Shown piece by piece: positions 59,270 to 64,000 of a stretch of 64,000 bases of DNA (its first letter is position 1; the number at the start of each line of letters is the position of its first letter). The notes under the pieces were generated by a model. It did no database searches. It had not been told where the DNA came from and saw only the letters and a program-made list of their open reading frames with translations. Source of the DNA: Saprolegnia diclina VS20 (taxonomy: Eukaryota). The stretch spans positions 373,749-437,748 of the forward strand of contig NW_008246085.1 of the NCBI RefSeq assembly GCF_000281045.1, given 5' to 3'. The position numbers and the translations under genes were made by a program.

Positions 59270-62200
59270 ATGTCGATGGACGACCATGAGACCATCGCGG
59301 CCCTGCGCCGGGAGCTCGAGAGCGCCAAGGACGACCTCTTCCTCAAGACGGACGACTACGACCAGCTCGTCCAGGCCAGCGCGCAGATCGAGGCCGAGCT
59401 CGAGAAGGCCCTCGATGACGCCGAAGAGGCCGCCAACAAGTGGCGCTTCTCGGCCGAGCGCCTCGAGCAAGAACTTACCGATACGAAGGAGAAGCTCGTC
59501 ATTAGCTACCAGGACGCTGCGTGCGTCCAGACCGAGCTCGACAAGTACAAGGAGCAGGCAACGACGCTCGCGACCGAGAAGATGGCGTGGGAGACCGACA
59601 TGGATCGCCTTACGACCCAAGTCCGGATTCTCGAAGCCTCGACGGCCGACCTCAAGCACCAGCTCGAGCGCGCGCTTGAAGACAAGGTCTTTCTCCAGAA
59701 CGACTATGACGAGATCGAGAAAGAGCACGAGCTGACGACCGAGCGGTTCCGGACTGAGATCCTCGACCTCAAGTCCGAGCTCTTTGCGTTGCAGCTGCAC
59801 CAAAAGGCCGGCGAGAGCAGTGTGCACATGCCATCGTCGCCGCTGCTCCCGACGTCGCCGTCGTCGTCGTTTGAGAGCGACAACATGGACGACCTCGACG
59901 AGCGCGCCGATTTTGACACCAACAACAACGACGACGACGAGGACCTCGAAGAGCATGAGGACCTCCGCAACGAGGACGACGACGAGGACGACGACGAAGA
60001 CATGCTCTTGTCGCCCGAGTCGGACGCGCCGCTGCGCCACATTTCGTCGGCCGACCGCGACGCGGAGGAATCCGAGCGGCAGATCGTCATCCTGGAAGAA
60101 GAAATGGAGGAGCTCGCACGGCGCCTCCAAGAAGAAGAAGATCGGAGAATGGAGCTCGAAGAAGAGCTCGTGGAACTCCGCGACAACGAAGCGCACATCC
60201 AGGCGATGGAGACCGAGATCAGCGAGATGTCGGACGAGCTCATCGAGAAGGCGCTCGTGATCAAGCAGACCGAAAGCGAGGTATGCCCATCCCCTTCCGT
60301 TGCCAAGACATGTCCCATCCCACTCCTTAGGTCGAGCGCTTGCAAGGGGAGCTCGCGACGATGGAAGCCACCTTGGTGTCCACCAAGGAAGAGTTCGCCC
60401 TAGCCCAATCGCAGCTGCAGACGCTTCAGTCGTTCCAGGACGACCACGCCAACTACGTGGCGCTCGAGCGCTCGATGAACGAGCTGCAAGTCGAGTGTGC
60501 ACGCATCAAGGAGCTCAACGACCAGCTCTCGACCAAGCTCGACACGGAGCGCACGCGCCAGAGCATGCTTGTGCAAGAGCTCGAGTCGTCCAAGACGTCC
60601 TTCGAGAGCCTCCAGACGCAGTTTGACGAGCTCATGGACAAGTACGAAGGCGTGCAGCGCGATCTGGAAAAGTCGCGCCACGCCAACGCGATGGCGTCGC
60701 CGTCGCAGCAGAGTACGCTTCTTCTTCGGTATCTTGTTCATGTCTCACGAGTGGGATCGGCTCTAGTCGAAGGCGAGATTGCGCAAAAGTATGTGCTCGA
60801 GCGCCGCCGCAACGCCGCGCTTCTCTCGCGGCTGCAGAACCTCACGGGCAACATCCAAGTGTTTTGCCGCGTGCGCCCGCTCCTGAGCCGCGACCCGCGC
60901 GTGAGCCACACGGTCCCGCTTGCGGTCGATGTGCTCAGCATCACGGACGTCGCCGCGCTCGAGCTCAAGACCGAGAGCGTCTTTGACGACCACTCGCAGG
61001 TCAATGCGGCGCCGTGGAAGATGTTTACGTTTGACCGCGTCCTTGGCCAGCACGACTCGCAGATGGATGTGTTCCGCGAGGTCGAGCCTGTCGCGCAGGC
61101 GGTTGTCGACGGCTTCAAGGCCTGCATTTTTGCCTACGGCCAGGTACATTGCGACATGATCGTTCGTGCCAAAGGCTCGGGTCGTAACGTGCACGTGTCC
61201 CTGTAGACGGGCTCGGGCAAGACGTACACGATGGAGGGCACGCCCGACAACCCGGGTCTCAACCAGCGCCTTCTCGCGCACCTCTACGACGCGCTCTCGC
61301 TGCGTGGCGTCGTTGTCGCCGACAACGCGGCCGAATCGACGTTCACGTCGCCGCCATCCAACCACGAGACGATGTACCAAGTCAACATCGGCGTCTTTGA
61401 GATCTACAACGAAAACCTCCGGGACCTCCTCGAGCCCGACAACCCGCATTTGCAGATCCACACGGACGGCGACACGGGCGAAGTCTGCCTCCCGCAGCTC
61501 ACGATGCCGACGTCGTACTCGCCGACGCATGCGCTCGCACTCCTCGCGCAGGCGCAGAAACACCGCGCGACGAGCCGCACCAACGTCCACGATCGCTCGA
61601 GTCGGTCGCACTGCGTCGTTGTCCTCAACGTCAAGTCGACGACGGGGCTCCGCGGCACGCTGTACCTCGTCGATCTCGCGGGCTCGGAGCGCGTCAAGGT
61701 CAGCGGTGTCGACGGCGACGCCCTCAAGGAGACGGCGGCGATCAACAAGTCGCTGTCGGCGCTCGGCGATGTCATGGAGGCCCTCGATCGCAAGAGCTCG
61801 CACGTGCCGTACCGCAACTCGAAGCTCACGTACGCGCTCCAAGACGTGCTCGGCGGCGGGCAGAGCAAGACAGTCATGATCCTCAACGTGGCGCCGGGCT
61901 TCTCGACGGCCAGCGAAACGTACCGCTCGATGCAGTTTGCCGAGCGCGTGCGCCGCGTTGATATCCAGGGCCTCAAGCCCAAGAACTCGAAGAGTCTCAT
62001 CTCGGGCAAGCAAGCCTTTACGGAAATCAAGAGCCTCAAGCAGCAGCTCTCGGTATCTAATACCAAGATCATGCAGGCCAACCAGGCGATCGCTACGATG
62101 GTACGCGTATGGGTACTTGCTAGTACGCTCACAGCTACTGCGTAGAAACGGGAGCACAAGCACCAGCTCGACAAGATCACGACGCTCGTCGAGTCGCGCA

Positions 62201-63044
62201 CCAAGGCGCTCGAAGACCTCAAGGGCTCCATGTCGTCGCTCAAGTCGTCAAACGCGGCGATGGCCGAGAAGTGGAAGCAAGAGCGGGAGGCGCGGCAGCA
62301 GGAAGGCAGCCACGCCGACCAGGAACAGCGCCAGCGCCGCCAGTGGCAGTCCAAGTCGACCGTCACGATGGCACACCAAGAGTCGCTTGCCAAGCAGCTG
62401 CAGGCACGCGAGCAAGAGATTGCCAAGCTCCGACAAAACCTCAACGAAGCGCGCCGCCGAACCACGATGAAGCTCATTCCGCGCCTCTCGCTGGACAAGG
62501 ACTCGACGCCAATCAAGCCAAAGTCCAAGAGCGCTGGCAGCAGCCCCGTCGAACCACTCAAACGTACGACTCTTCGGAGTCGAACCGGTAGTCAAACGAC
62601 GTCTTCGTCAGGCACGGAAACCGAGTCGGATCGTGGCAGCATTGCATCCCTCGCCATGCGAGCGATCCAGGCCGCCAAGAAGGCGGCTGCGAACCGCCGC
62701 GTGACGCTGCCGCAAGACGAAGCGGCCAAGCGCAAGCGTCCGACCGTCCCGTCGCTCGCCACGACGCCGACGCGAACCTCGATGACGTCGAGTCCGTCGA
62801 TGCGCACGCCCCTCACCACGTACGTTGGCCGTGTACTTTTTGCAGCCATATCTGATGGGCTTCGCGTAGGAGTCGATCGGCCAAGGTGGCGCGCAAGGAG
62901 GAGCCTGGCATCCAGCGCCGATCCAGCACGAGCTCCGCTTCGACCGTGAGCCGCACCAGCCTCACGAGTGTGAGCTCAACTGCGAGTCTGCCCCGCCGGA
63001 GCAGCTCGGCCACGACGCCGCCCAAGCGGGGGACGTGGAAATAG
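59270..63044 (+). CDS. Kinesin-14 motor with N-terminal NudE/NDE1-like coiled coil and acidic linker
   Basis: Neck LQNLTGNIQVFCRVRP; AYGQ|TGSGKT; SSRSH; LVDLAGSER; HVPYRNSKLT. Introns 60281-60330, ~60713-60766, 61144-61206, 62101-62145 and ~62820-62869 keep the frame. Ends KRGTWK*. Confidence 0.9.
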
Positions 63045-63152
63045 ATTACCCAACTACAGCGATCAACAACGCACGGCTATTTTATCTTTTTCGAGCTTGG
63101 ACTGCGGTTGGGTTGTGACAACTTGGTCTTTCGGATCACAGACAAGATCTTA

Positions 63153-63941
63153 TTACGCGTGGAAGGCTCGGACGCGCGGGTCGGCGTGCGACTGGAGGCC
63201 GCGCGATATTCTGCGCAGGACGCTGCCCATGAACCGCGGTTGGTCGACGCTGAGCGACTCGAGCGAGTGCAGAAGCTCGAGGAGCACGTCCTGTGTCTCT
63301 TCGTCGTCCGTGTCTTCGACGGTCTACGCATGCCAGAGTCTGACTCGTTCTTCTGTGCGAGCACCCACGTACCTCAAACACAGCGGGCTTGAGCACATCT
63401 TCGAAGAGGACCTCGCCGAGGTCGTCGTCGCTGAGCATGGACGCGGCCAAGCCTGCTGTCTGAAAGACACTAGACATACCACGTCTCATCTCTCGAATGA
63501 CAAATGTGGGGCGTACGCTTTGGACGTCTGCGGCTTGGGCGAGAGGGCGTCCTTGTTGAGGCGCACGGTCGCGCCAAAGTCCCAGCCGTCGTCAAAGTCG
63601 AGATGCGACTCTTTCGCCGACGAGCTCGTGACGCTCGAGAAGCTTCGGTTCGACTCGTCGATGGGTGCGTGGACTTGGATTTGGGCGCGCTATCGCGCGT
63701 CAGCATGGTTGCTGACGTCGTCGGCGTACGTACTTCGATGAGCTCGGTGAGCGACGACACGTCCTTGGCCACGCGTGAGGTCAGGAACGGGTGCTTGAGC
63801 AACTCGAGAGCCGTCGGTCGCTCGGCCGCGTCCTTCTTGAGGCACGCCGAGACAAAGTCCTTCAACTTGGGCGAAAAGTCGCCATCGAGCGTCGGCGGAG
63901 GGTCCTTTGGGATCACAAAGAGCACCTTCATCGGATGCAGC
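63153..63941 (-). CDS. STE20/GCK-III (MST3/SvkA-like) protein kinase, 3' part only
   Basis: [50 protein letters not shown]...LTELIE, then [10 protein letters not shown] and a helical C-terminal tail ending RAFHA*. The gene continues past the window end. Confidence 0.88.
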
Positions 63942-64000
63942 CTAGTCCTGCATAAGACATCCAAGTCTCAAAGTGGAGACGGCGTACGACGAGTGGGGTG

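Noticed and set aside
15277..63044. Apparent functional cluster of trafficking and motor genes (SEC24, VPS18, ArfGAP, myosin, two kinesin-14s)
   Set aside because: Interspersed with unrelated housekeeping genes; these families are large, so co-location is plausibly chance.
1..64000. CRISPR array, rRNA or prokaryotic operon/contaminant
   Set aside because: No repeat-spacer array or rRNA motifs. The prokaryote-like genes contain spliceosomal introns and sit among eukaryotic genes.

Overview
Gene-dense eukaryotic genomic window, most likely an oomycete (Saprolegnia-like). The evidence is high GC3 codon usage, very short (~42-62 nt) GT-AG introns, oomycete-type INR/FPR and CCAAT promoter motifs, and typical stramenopile domain architectures. 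About 29 protein-coding genes are supportable. In order: SEC24 copy A (5'-truncated), chorismate mutase-PDT-ACT fusion, DEDDy exonuclease with zinc fingers, CCT3, RPF2, PIG-M, bacterial-type AzoR, VPS18, PPP1R36-like, kinesin-14, a Coa1/Tim21-like protein, YjbQ (7 introns, missed by the ORF track), a stand-alone GlmU-type LbH acyltransferase, a 4xPDZ protein, an S28 carboxypeptidase, SEC24 copy B (inverted), RPS6, holocytochrome c synthase, a thioredoxin-fold membrane protein, G6PD, an ACAP-type ArfGAP, an LRR protein with an unusual C-terminal repeat, a myosin-IQ-ANK-FYVE, a second kinesin-14 and the 3' end of a STE20/GCK-III kinase. The most notable signals are: (1) a NudE/NDE1-like coiled coil fused to a kinesin-14 motor; (2) an Aro7-type chorismate mutase fused to a prephenate dehydratase domain that has lost its catalytic motifs but keeps the ACT domain; (3) two inverted SEC24 paralogues ~30 kb apart with patchy near-identity running into introns, suggesting gene conversion; (4) two prokaryote-type enzymes carrying spliceosomal introns and N-terminal targeting sequences. 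No tRNA, rRNA, CRISPR or recognisable transposon was seen. All family calls are from motif recognition by eye; no searches were run.
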